Source of the DNA: Oikopleura dioica
Taxonomy: Eukaryota > Animalia > Chordata
Assembly: GCA_907165135.1 (NCBI GenBank)
Contig: OU015566.1
Span: forward strand, 9,486,001-9,550,000
DNA: 64,000 nt
Reading direction: 5' to 3'
The position numbers were made by a program, and so were the translations under genes. Below are positions 23,160 through 34,619 of the stretch, in pieces (the stretch's first letter is position 1; each line of letters starts with the position of its first letter). The notes below the pieces were generated by a model. It searched no databases. It was not told the DNA's origin and was given only the letters and a program-made list of their open reading frames with translations.

Positions 23160-26100
23160 TCAAAATATTTTTTGCTTCATATTTTTGTTCCGAAAGAATA
23201 CATTGACTATATATAGATTGAGATTTATATTGTTACTTGTTGTCGTTGAAGTCGTCGTGGTAGTCGTCGTGGTAGTCGTCGTGGTAGTCGTTGTGGTAGT
23301 CGTTGTGGTTGTCGTGGTGGTTGTAGAGGTAGTAGTTGTCGTTGTTGTCGTGGTGGTGGTGGTTGTGGTGGAGGTGGTGGTGGTGGTGGTAGTAGTTGTG
23401 GTCGTCGTTGATGTGGTTGTTGTAGTCGTTGTTTTCGTTGAAGTTGTCGTTGTGGAAACAGTAGTGGTTGTAACGGATGACCCGTCATCAAATGCAGGGC
23501 AGCTGACAACACCATGATCAATGCCACTATTATCTCTAATTTCCACGAAAGTTGATCCATCTGCCGGGTTAAAATGCCACTGAGACGCTCTAAGTCCGTT
23601 ATCATAAGAGAACGCGCTCGCTGCAATTGAATACGATTCGCCAAGATCATCGACAAGGGTTCCACCAGCTGTTCGATCTGAAACCACATTGATTCTTGCA
23701 TGAATCCAGCCGCTTTACAAGGTTTTTGAAGGTATGAACTATCTTTTGGAAAAAATATTATTGCTTGTAATTAGTAAGAAGCCGTTCCTTGATGCATGGT
23801 CATCAAAAATAATGATCTCCCCATCTGTTGCAGCTTCTGAGTTCAGCTCATCAAAACTTGCGACTGTTGCAATTGGGACCTCGTTATTATTTCGTCGGAC
23901 ATCGTAAGTCTCCATGTCATCTCTGATGAACTTCCTTCCGGTTTGAATTTCAGTAGTCGCATTCGTTCCCGCGCACCAGGAAATTCTATACCAATCATCC
24001 TTTCCAGCATTTGTCATTCTGATCACAACTCGCGTTGCGGGCGCGGCGTTCAATGTTTGAATTGAATACGTTTGGAAGGGCTCAATAACAACTACCGATT
24101 ATTTTTATTGTATTGTAAAACATAAACGCTGAACATTACCTTCCGCGTCTCCTCGGTTAATCTGATCTGAATTAAGAGAAAATACTTCCCCGTTTTTATA
24201 GTTCTGCACGTTGTATCCTCGTTGGCCAGTATTTGCAATAACATCATCGTCATTTCGAGGCTCGAGCAATAACTTTCCTGTTTTCGTGGAAAACGGACAC
24301 CACTTGACATTCGTTTGCTCTAACTCATCATTGATGTCCACGACATCGCAGTCGGTAGAAACTGTCGAGACTCGTGTATTAAAAACGTAACCGGGTGCTC
24401 CTGTTATCTCTCCATCGAGATCAGCCACACCATAGGCATTCTCACTATCCTCAACGGTCAACGGGAAAACACGATCGACATTGACGTAGGTATTGTTCTT
24501 GATAATGTAATTTTCCATCAGTTGGAAAAAGTTTTCTCCGTCGCTTTCTCTAGGAGCAAAGATTGATCTTACAGCTTCGGTGTCTCCAGATTGTTTCGAA
24601 TTGAAGTTGTAGAAACGGTTATTTTCGATAAATGAAGGGTTGAGAGAATCTTCAAATGTGATGGCAGGATTTGGCTCGTCTTGACGAGTGATACCTTGTC
24701 GATAAACACCACCCTCCGGCTTGTACCAATGATAAGACCAATTGTCGAAAGAGTTCGGCTTCGGATAGAAGGGGCCTGAGTCTTGTTGCCCCGACGGACA
24801 AGTAATAGGAGTGGTAAGATCAATAGAAACTCTCTGGTTAGAAGCGTCGTCTCTGAGACGCTCACATCGTTGATGCCCGGTGTTTTTAGAGTGGCCGACG
24901 AAAATCGAATCTTTGATGCTTCGAGTTGCTCCAATCGAGTTAGCGGTCTGTTTGAATTCATAGCCTTTTCGGCAGTCAGACACTTGCCATCCTTCAAGGT
25001 GATTCGAAGATCCAGCAATAGTGTTTTTATTGTTGATGTGATGCATTTTAAACCCAACAAAGTATTGATCGGCCCAATTTCCATTTGGCGAGGTCCAAAT
25101 GTTTGGTCGCATATCCGCAATAGCTCGGTCATCAGAAGTTGGGTCAAAGTTCTCATTGTCCCATTCTTCGTTCATAGCTGCATATGTTGGTCCGTCTCGG
25201 AGCATCGAGAACTGCGCCTGGGGAAACTCCTCGCTAACTCCTTCGTCCTGAACGTGCCAGTCGAATACGAAACCCCAGTAAGCACCAGAAGCCTTGTTAT
25301 TGCGCCACTCCCGTCGGCCAGTATCCGGATCAACTGGAATTGCTTCGTATCCGTACTTGTCGCTTGCAGTATGTGTAAATACCCAGAATCCAGCATTTCC
25401 TCCTACAGCCGCATTATCATGGATGTAGTTGTGTGGATGAGCAATCCAGAAAACAGATAAGCCCTCACAAGCAATAGTCGCATCTGGGATGTATCCTTCG
25501 AGCTGATCGTTTGTATCCGCACAGATCGAGAAATGGCGATCACTTGGCAAAATGATGCCAGGCTTGACACCGATTCCGAGATTACCTATAACATGATTGT
25601 AAGTTTCAAACCCATCTTCGAGGAAATAGCCATGACCGTGAGTCAAATGTCCAACATTGTTCTGAACGATGGCTTCGTGTGTACCGTGCACGGTAACGAA
25701 TCGAGAGAAACAATCGTGAATCGAAAGAGAAATGGCAGAAGAAGGATCTTGATAACCTCCCATTTCACCAACATAGCCAGCATGATGCCAGTGCATCGGA
25801 TATCGCGCTAATCGAGGTTGACCAGCATTGAAAATTTCAATGTGTGAAACGTGGAAGTTTTTGAATCGCTTCGTTCCAACCATATGAGCTCCATGTCGAT
25901 CAGTGTCTTCGCCGCTCATTTCGTTCAAATAATCGCACCAGTTATTCTGCCGATTAGGAGAATCGCTATCCAACTGCTCTCTCGTTCGAGCATAGACACA
26001 GCCAGTATCTTCAAGTTCTCCAAAGAACCGAATGTTTCTCGAAAGAAGACCGACCTCTGCTCGTTGATCTACGCCAGTTTCACTGTCTATCCTACCCCAG

Positions 26101-27687
26101 TGAGTGTAATTTGCTGGTCTGTCGAGGAGGACTTCATTTGGTAGACAATCGGGGCAATCCTGAATCGTGAATCGCTCCGAGTGATGTGGATCTTTTCCAG
26201 TGGCAGCTACAACAATCACATCGCCAACTTCCCAGCTACTAACATCATCAGTAAGGACAATCTTTTGAGCTTCTCCCTGTGAAGATTCTGAATATTTCAC
26301 TGTTGTCTCCATGCTATTGAACAGCTGTTTTGCCCAGGCAAACGCTTCAAGATCAAGGAGCCAGCTTTCGAATGTATCAGCATTGACTGAAAGTGGATCG
26401 TTTCCATTTTTTAAGCTCCAAGTAGCAGAGTAGTCGAATTGAAAATCGAAACCACTCTTCTCGCCACCTAAAGCGACCGGGCCGACTGTGTCAACCATGG
26501 GATGCACCATCTTCCCATCCGGTGGACTGAGAAATTTCATGTCAGAACTCATATCTACCAAGCTAAGCACACCAGCAACTTGACTGTAGACTTTTGAGTG
26601 GTCAGATGCAAAGATCGTATCGAAATGACTCGCCGGAAATCCTCGTGCTGCAAGTATATTGACGAAGGTGTCTGTCAGCTCATATTTGAAATCAGTGAAG
26701 AAGAGAATGATTTCCTCATCATTGAATTGCGCTAGAAAATCAAAAAGCCCATCTGTTTGACCATCGGAAACAGAAAAAGTGTCCTTCAAGTCTCCCTCTT
26801 TTGACAAAACATGGAAAACCATTCTAAATCCAGCGCGATTGTCGATGTCAGGAAAGGCGTCGTCATTCGTCCTGTCTTGGAGCCACTGAAGCTGTTCAGC
26901 AGCCACAGAATCTTTGAAAAGATGTTCTTCGAGGTGAGTCCAGTGATGTTTCTCTTTTCCGTGAAGTTCAATGACGCCACCTTCATCTGCGTGTAAATAT
27001 TTTACACCCATATCAGAGTCCATTGCGTCCTCATCCCCGTAGAGAGTGATATCAAGCCGTCCTTGATATCGACAGCTTCTTGAGCCAGCCCAAATTTCGC
27101 CACCGTTTTCAGATTTCAAAGCAAGCGCACGGAAGGTGATTGGATCAGCACCGTCGCCAAGATCTTTGAAAATCAACTTTCCTCCTTCATCGACCTTTAC
27201 GACTCCAGTATTGACATCGGCATCTACAATAACCGTTCTGTTGGCGATCGTAACATCTCCGAACGGGTAATCCCAAGTTTCGCCACCTTCAGTAACCGCT
27301 GCTTCATCAGGGCATACTCCTGATAGATCCCATGCATTTGATGGATATTTGTAATTTCTCGCTGTAGCTCCGTTATTGTTGTTCCACTTTGGTCGTCTTC
27401 GTTTGTCAGATCGTCCAGTGTTAAAACGTTGCCGCTTGAATTTTCTGAAGAACTCATCCGGGTTTTTGGAAAAACTCGGATCGAGGTCAGAGTAGATTTG
27501 TTTCCATTGCTTTCTCGAAAGATCTCCGTACTTGTCCAAGTCCTCATCGGAGAAAGGGTTCGGTTTCTTATGGTCATGATGAGCCAGCACTTTCAATGTT
27601 TTAAATACGATTACAACTTATAGTTTATTGAAGATTAAATATCTTTATAAACATGCCCGTCGCCAGCAAGGATGGAAAAAGACGCAT
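23160..27687 (-). CDS. Secreted G8-domain / parallel beta-helix protein, CEMIP/TMEM2 (PKHD1L1-related) type, with Thr-rich tail
   Basis: Signal MRLFPSLLATVLA via GC-AG intron 27590-27656; G8 domain (GGKLIFKD..GGEIWAGSRSCRYQGRLDITLYG); RAEVGLLSRNI; RYPMHWH; FSRFVTVHGTH; HGHGYFLEDGFETYNHVIGNLG; 3.5-kb exon; poly-Thr C-terminus. Confidence 0.88.
23240..23470 (-). repeat. Coding low-complexity poly-Thr (ACN)n tract
   Basis: About 70 mostly Thr codons with varied third positions, mucin-like. Confidence 0.9.
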
Positions 27688-27978
27688 GAGCACGACTTTC
27701 TCTGAAACTCTCTAACTAGCAATTTGTTGCCACAACTTCCTCGTTTTTATAGTCGGCGATCAGCGTCAGAAGTCGTGATCTCCGAGATTATGACATTTCG
27801 CAATATGCATTTTATTATCTAACAAAAATCGTTCCCGAGGAACCTCACGACCTAGGACCAGTATCCAGCTCTATTGCCAAATACTTTCCGAGTTTATTAA
27901 TTGCAGCGTAAAAATACTTGAAGACTCTTTGCGATTCAACTCGAAATCAAAGCCAAGCAAAAAATAATTTATTTTTTC

Positions 27979-28170
27979 TCAGTTGCACATAAAATTTGTG
28001 AGCCAATTACAGTCAGCATCTTCGCTAAAAAGCAAGACTTTCATAAAATCGTCGACAAGATTTCGCTTGGTATCTTTCATAAAAAGCGCATGGCTATTTT
28101 CATCCAAGTGATACGAAAAGCAGGAGTGTAGCAGTATCAAAATAGTATTAAGTGTTCTCTGAGCTTTCAT
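27979..28170 (-). CDS. Candidate small secreted prepropeptide (63 aa)
   Basis: Hydrophobic core ILILLHSCFS, dibasic KR, C-terminal C-NWLTNFM-C; A-rich context before ATG; AATAAA a few nt after TGA. Confidence 0.5.
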   Translation of the reverse strand: MKAQRTLNTILILLHSCFSYHLDENSHALFMKDTKRNLVDDFMKVLLFSEDADCNWLTNFMCN

Positions 28171-28657
28171 TTTTGTCCTTTATCGACATTGTTTTCTCCG
28201 TTTTTGTCTCGACCGCCTTGTAAAATATTAAGCACTGTCAATCGCAATTATCAGGTAATTGACTAAAAAATCGAACCCTTTATTCTTTCATTCGTTTAAA
28301 TTTAATATGATTCTGTTGTGGTCTTGTCTAACACTTGAGTTCTAAATGTATAAGTTGTCAGTTAAGTGCGTTGCTTTCGCAAGATTCTTTAGAAAAACTA
28401 TTCTGCTCCCGCAGCAACATGTGTAAAAGAAGCAAATTTGAAATTTAGCTCGAGAAAGCTGAATGACTTCCGAAAACCCTGATATTTCTCCACTGATTTT
28501 TTCAGATACGATCAATTAACTGCAAATACAAATAATTATGAATAAAAATGAGCCTCCTGTAAATCACAGAAATCAATTAACAGGATTTGTAGAAGAGCAA
28601 ATTGGTTCTATATTTAGTTGTTTTTCTTTCAGTAAGTTGTAGTTTGAATTGTGGCAG

Positions 28658-29150
28658 TTATTTTCGTCTTTCAATTTCGCTAAAGTGTCGAACGGTTTGT
28701 GAAATGATCTTCAGGTGTCCATCCACTTTCGCGACGACAAAATGATGGTTGAAGCATTTGTGGAGCAGTTTGCCGAACCGGACGCTTCCAGCAGCGCTGA
28801 TCAAAAAAGATGATTTTCCGTCGGTCATGCTATCGTCGACTGGCTGAACGTCGAGTGTTTCAATTCTTGGAGACGGAATTATAAATAAATTTTTCGCAAA
28901 TTGACTAAAATCGAGAGTAGTTTTTTAAAACTCCTTTCCTGTGATTGGAATCGTCTCCATCACTGAGCAGCTTCTTGATTTCGTCCTGGCTCTGCAAGCG
29001 CTTCCCGTCGTAGATGAGCACGGCGGACTCTGCGTACATCCTGTGGATCTGGTGCCTCTTCTTGTCCAAGCATTCGTAGTAAGAGTCGCACAGCTGCTGA
29101 GCCGCTTGTTCTGCGTCTTCTGTTCTTTCTTTGAATTTCTGGTCGCTCAT
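28658..29150 (-). CDS. NXT1: NTF2-related export protein (NXT1/2, p15)
   Basis: AEQAAQQLCDSYYECLDKKRHQIHRMYAESAVLIYDGKRLQ / TLDVQPV..FLISAAGSVRFG..FNHHFVV..LKIISQTVR; one intron. Confidence 0.88.
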
Positions 29151-29647
29151 TCTTCGTTGTTTTTATCCGATATTCAAAGGATCTGAAAGTAAAAAGTCAT
29201 CTTTCTCTTGATAATCGAAGAGTGAAATTTCCACAAATTTTTTAATTCCAGTTTTTTTTTATTTGAATTTTCGAGCGGCGCAAAACGCGCGCGCCCACGC
29301 TTCTCCCACGCAAAATATCGCTAAAAATTCTCTAGAACTTCTTTTCCTTTTTCAAATCAACAAAACTCTTTCTTACGGTTTTTCATTGCTGCAAATCTGT
29401 AACGAAAAGAACCGAATTTGATGAACCGAGATTGAATTGTCGTTGACGACGATTTCGCCGAATCTAGCCAATCGCGAACCAGAGATTATGTGTCATTTAT
29501 TTTTGCGCGAAAGGGAAAGAATGAACGTAGAGAAATTACTTCATGAAGATTACTCTTGCCTTCTCTAGAATTTGCTTTATTCATTCCGAAATTTCGTCTT
29601 TGGCAGCTTTAGGAGTTTCTGATTTTGAGAGATTTTTGGTTTAGAAA
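29151..29647. promoter_or_regulatory. Probable bidirectional promoter between NXT and ATP5PD
   Basis: Head-to-head ATGs about 500 nt apart; CpG-rich cgcgcgcgcccacgc core at ~29287-29301; polypyrimidine-AG sites just upstream of both ATGs. Confidence 0.55.
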
Positions 29648-30770
29648 ATGTCGGGTCGAGTAATCCCAGCCGCCGTCAACTGGTCCGAGCTCCTCCGAAA
29701 GACTGCTCCAGGAGACAAGAAGCTCATGGCTGCCTTCAAGGTCAAGGTAAGTTCTCTTTTGATTTTAACCACTAGAAATAATCTACTCTTATTTCTTTTA
29801 AAAAAAATAATATTTTTGATAATATCATATCAACAGTTTTTGATTCATCTCCCAAATCTTCATCATCATAATTCATCCTTTTTTATCCACGTTTCTCCCT
29901 AGTCCGACATCATCGCCGGTAACTACGCCAAGGCCGCCGCGTTCAACCGAACCATCAACTGGGATTACTACCAGGGCGCCATCAAGAACAAGGCTCTCGT
30001 CGCTGACTTCAAGGTTCGCCTTCTCGCCCTTTCTTTTGTTTATTTTATTCGTTCTTAGGCCAAGTTCGAAGCCACTGAGATCCCTGTTCCTTCCGATGAA
30101 GGTCGACAGGCTGCCCTCGAGGCCAAGGCCGCTGAAGACGAAGTCGCCGTCGCCAACTACATCAAGAAGGTCGACCAGCAGATCGATGATGCTTCCGTCA
30201 CCCTCAACAACATCAAGGCTCTCCCACCATTCGGTAACTATTTCCTACCTGTCACTGCTTCTCAACCCTCTTTGTAGAACAGATGACCCAGTCTGACATC
30301 CTCTACTGGTTCCCCCAGCTCTGCAAGAACCAGGAGCCCGTCCCACTCTCCGAGAACCAGATCATGACCTCCGTCCATGGTGTCCAGTTCGTCGAGACCT
30401 CCACCTACCAGTGGCCCGGTGACTACGGTGGATGGTACAAGACCTTCGAAGAGACTGTAAGATTCCAACACGAATTGCTTTTATCATTTCTCTTTCATTC
30501 AGAAAGGTACTGACGCCGCCGTCGAATACCGACTCAACGAGTCCCAGTTCCCCGGCAACAAGTTCCCCGCTTTCTTCTCTTCCTTCCCCACTGAGGACTT
30601 CAAGGTACGAGTTGATTAACATGCTCCCTTTCGAGTACATTCTTGAGGAATCCTTCGCCCTCTCCGACCCCTTGATCCAGTGGGAAGCCATCGCTCACCA
30701 CCCCGACTTCGACGCCAACGTCAACGCCATCCAGGCTGCCGAGGGCGTCCAGGAAGGTCTCCGCGCTTAA
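29648..30770 (+). CDS. ATP5PD: Mitochondrial ATP synthase subunit d with C-terminal extension
   Basis: AVNWSELL, INWDYYQGAIKNKALVADFKAKFEATEIPVP, IKALPPFEQMT; six exons; strongly C-ending codons. Confidence 0.85.
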
Positions 30771-31057
30771 AAAGTCCAAAAAGAAGACGGCAAAATTTTA
30801 TTGCATCTTCTCCAGACTCACATGTTGTCCTACATCTTTCCCTCTGAGCGTCTTCAGAATTCCTAATTTATTTATTCTCTCCTTTCTCTTTCAAAAGAAA
30901 CGAAGAGTACCCTGTTTTTGGAGCCTGTTCAAGTGAAAATCTATTCGAATCGAGTTTCCAAGTCCACCTAGGATGCATTACAAAAAAACAATAAAAGTTC
31001 AACGAAAATTCAACAATTCAAATTTGTGCATTTCAGTTTGTAAATATACATTGAAAA

Positions 31058-31773
31058 ATGAGTGAATCCGACATCGCAGCCAAATCTGAAGGAGGAGAGA
31101 GCGCAGAAGCCGCGATTTTAGAGCACGGGTTCATTTTGTTTTGATGAAAAATTTTTGTTTTACGATCTTCAAAATTTGAAGCTGCAAGTGTTAGCGAAAA
31201 GTATTGAACCTCAACAAATTGAAATTGAAAAACGCATTACAGAAGCTTTTCTGGTTTTCGACACTCAAGCAAACAAGCAGGCTGATGTTCGTGAAATCGG
31301 AACGATTGTCCGCTCTCTCGGTTTGGTTCCCACCGAGGCTGAGGTAATTTGAAATAAAGAACGATTTATCTGTAATTTTTAAGGTAAATGAGTTGATTTC
31401 GGAGACAGAGGATGAAACCGCTTCTGGATTTGTCCGATTAGACCGACTGTTGCCGGTTTTGACACAGTGCATCTTGGAGAAGAGATACAAACCCGAACCG
31501 GAAAATGTCATTCTCAAAGCTTTCGAATCTCTGGACACTGACAAGAAAGGCTACCTTCTGCCCGAAGAAATCAGCCAGTACTTGCGCGAAGAGGGCGAGC
31601 CCTTCTTACAGGAAGAACTTGAAGAGTTCCTCTCAGCTGCTGTCGATCCATCAAAAGGAAAAATATTTTACAAAGGTACACCAACTCGCTTTTGAACGAA
31701 TTTTATGACCATTTTTTTCCAAGATTACGTTGCGCTCCTCTCCGTCGACGACGCCGGCCTAAGCCTCAAATAA
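31058..31773 (+). CDS. EFCAB2: EF-hand calcium-binding protein 2 (dynein regulatory complex DRC8)
   Basis: IEKRITEAFLVFDTQANKQADVREIGTIVRSLGLVPTEAE, GFVRLDRLLP, FESLDTDKKGYLLPEEISQYLREEGEPF, AVDPSKGKIFYKDYV. Confidence 0.9.
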
Positions 31774-31871
31774 ACACGTTTTCTGTACTAATTATTTCTT
31801 TTATACCTTCTCACAAAATATATTTTTATACTTAAGTACTCTTCACATTTTGAATTCGTTTTGATTCTAGT

Positions 31872-33738
31872 ATGGCGGACGAGGAGAAGGACCTTACCGC
31901 AATCGGATCCTTTGTCTGGGCAAAAGTGACTGGCCACCCGTTCTGGCCTGGTCAAGTCGTTGAATCCGGCCCAGGGATCAAAGCAAGATCGGGCTATGTG
32001 GTAGTACGTTTTTACGCCTCGAATGATTTCGCTTCGGTCAAACCGACGAATGATCAACTCAAAGCCTACAAACCTGGAACCGTCCAAACGCCCGGCAAAA
32101 AGAACAGAAAGGTGAGAAAAAGATCTTGGTTTTTTCTAGAGTTTTCAACAGTGAAAGTACTTGAACGGATAGGCGAATTGTAAAAGTCTTGCGTGATCCT
32201 ATTTGGCTTTTTCAGCTTTTGAACAAAGCAATTCGGCATATTGAGAGAGCGATGAAGGGAGAAAAGGTTGAATCGGATACAGAGCCGGAAAAGAAGAAAC
32301 CAAAGAAGTCAACGCCAACGCCGGAGCCAAAGTCGCCTACTCCTACTCGAAAGAAGTCCCCGCTCGATCGCAGAACACAACAGACGATGGACCAGCAGCT
32401 GGGAAAGCGCAAAATATGGACTCGGGAAGCTCATCAAGTAGAATTCGTCCATCAATTGTCCCTGCCGATTCTACCTCACTGGCAACGATACTTCCTCAAG
32501 CTTCGGGAATACCAGCCACAACCGCAAAGCTTGGATTCTTGGGTCTTGGAATCATGGGTAAAGTAAAGTTTCATTCCAAAATGTCTCACTGCTCATTTAG
32601 GTGGTGCTATGGCGATGAATTTACTCCGCACCGGCCATGACGTTTCTGTCTGGAATCGTACCGCGTCCAAGACGATTCCTCTTCGAAACCGAGGTGCCAC
32701 AGTTTACGATACAAAGCGTCAAATTGTTGAAAACTGCGACATCATTTTCGGTAAAAATCTTTTAAAGATAAATTATCTAAAATGTCTTTTTTTACACAAT
32801 CTTAATTAGCTTGTGTTTCTGACCCTAAAGCAGCTCGAGAGATAGTTTTCGGAAATGGTGGTGTGTTGAAGGTAAGGAAAAACATCAAGGGATCTAAGGC
32901 TATCATTATTCTAGTACATGAACGATCAGAAGGCGTATGTGGACATGTCAACTGTCGATCCCGAAACAGCGATTGCGATTGGAGAAGCGATTCGAAGCAA
33001 AGGAGGACGATTTTTGGAAGCGCCTGTTTCTGGATCTAAAGTGCCGGCAGAGCTTGGCGAGGTACTTTCCCAACAGAAGCTTATGTTAATCACTTTCTTA
33101 GCTGATAATTATGTGCGCAGGAGATAGAACGCTCTATGTGGATTTATATAGCTGCATGGAGGCGATTTCGAAAAAGTGGTTCTTCTTGAGCGAAGTCGGA
33201 AGTGCCGCCCGAATGAAGGTGCTTGCCTTGTTGAATCGAGGAATTTGAATTGAATGCATTCTTTAGCTTGTTGTGAATTCGATAATGGGCGCTCAAATGG
33301 CCGCCCTTGCGGAAGGAATGGCCCTCGCCGAGAAATGCGACCTTGACCAAGTCACACTCCTCGAGGTTAGATAGAAAAACATGTTCACAAGGGTGTAAAC
33401 AAGCGTTGTAGATCTTATCACTTGGTGCGCTAGGCTCCAAGATGGTCAATGCAAAGGGATCGGCGATTCTGGAGTCGAACTTTCCACCAAATTTTCCTCT
33501 TCGGCTGCAGCAGAAGGATCTTAGACTGGCAGTGTCGCTCTCTGACAAGGTTCACCAGCCAATTTCAGTTATTGCCTCCGCGAATGAGCTGTACAAAGTA
33601 AGTCCTTTATCCAAGAAGTATCGAAACGCATCCAACCCTCGTTTTTAGCGTTCGATGGCCGCCAACTTAGGTGATAGTGACATGTCAGCCGTCTACGAGG
33701 TCGTGCATCAACGACAAGACAGCTCCATGCACGAGTAA
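31872..33738 (+). CDS. GLYR1: PWWP + beta-hydroxyacid dehydrogenase protein (NPAC/NP60)
   Basis: PWWP domain [18 protein letters not shown]; [52 protein letters not shown]. Confidence 0.92.
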
Positions 33739-33850
33739 ACCACAACTACTCGTGACATAGCAACTCAGAGGATCAAAATCTGAAGTTTCCGATTTCCAAT
33801 TTAGAAGAAAATTGATTAGAACCGAAAATTACTGTGAATACTCACTGCCC

Positions 33851-34619
33851 CTAGGTCTAGGATGGGGGGTGATCGCTGGAGATCCGAAATGAGGCGCTCG
33901 AGATGAATCAACGATGAGTGGTGCGCGGGTTCTTTGGATCTCCAGAGCGCGGAGATCGAAGCTCGATCTCCAAATGAATCCCAGGGATTTTGTCGATCTC
34001 CAGTTTTCGGTGATCGAAGCTCTGAATTTTCTCGAGCATCGATTTTTCTCGATTAAATTCATATTTTGCAGCGACTTTACGGGTCAGTATCTCAGAAAAT
34101 AATAGTTTCTAATGCTAATCTTCAAGAAATTATCGCTCACCCACCGAGCTGAGTCTTTGGAAATTTAAACCGAACCAATTTTAAAATTATGTGATTTCAA
34201 CTGTTCAAAAATTTTGAAAACCATCTTATTGAGAAAAATACTCGAGCAGAGATAGAAAATAGTTCATTTTTTATCCAAAATTACAATCCATGCACTTGAT
34301 TTGACAAAAGATTTGAAATCTACACTGGAGAATAAGTATTGCCTGAGATTTATAAGTTGATCCGGTCAGTCGCTTTTGATATCAGTAGGCTGGCAGAAGA
34401 TTGTTTTAAAGTGACTCATCCGACTTCGGGGATAAAAAATTTTTGGATCTCCAAGAAGTGGAGATCGAGAGTGGTGATCGATCACCGCAATTTCGGGGTG
34501 GAGATCGCGCGGATCTCCACGCAATCGGAGATCCAAAGAACCCGCGCACCACTCATTGGTGATTCCTCTCGAGCGCCTCATTTCGGATCTCCAACGATCA
34601 CCCCCGATCCTAGACCTAG
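33851..34619. mobile_element. Non-autonomous TIR element (MITE) with perfect 8-bp TSD, hAT-like
   Basis: TSD cactgccc at 33843-33850 and 34620-34627; ~100-bp TIRs starting CTAGGTCTAGGAT; many gagatc/gatctc subterminal motifs; no transposase ORF. Confidence 0.9.

Noticed and set aside
23000-23240. Possible splice fusion of the G8 protein to the downstream TRPM
   Set aside because: The donor after the Thr tract is phase 1; both nearby acceptors give stops or the wrong frame for TRPM.
23185-23701. Poly-Val ORF (+) and Pro/Gln/Arg ORF (-)
   Set aside because: Antisense and alternative-frame shadows of the poly-Thr coding tract.
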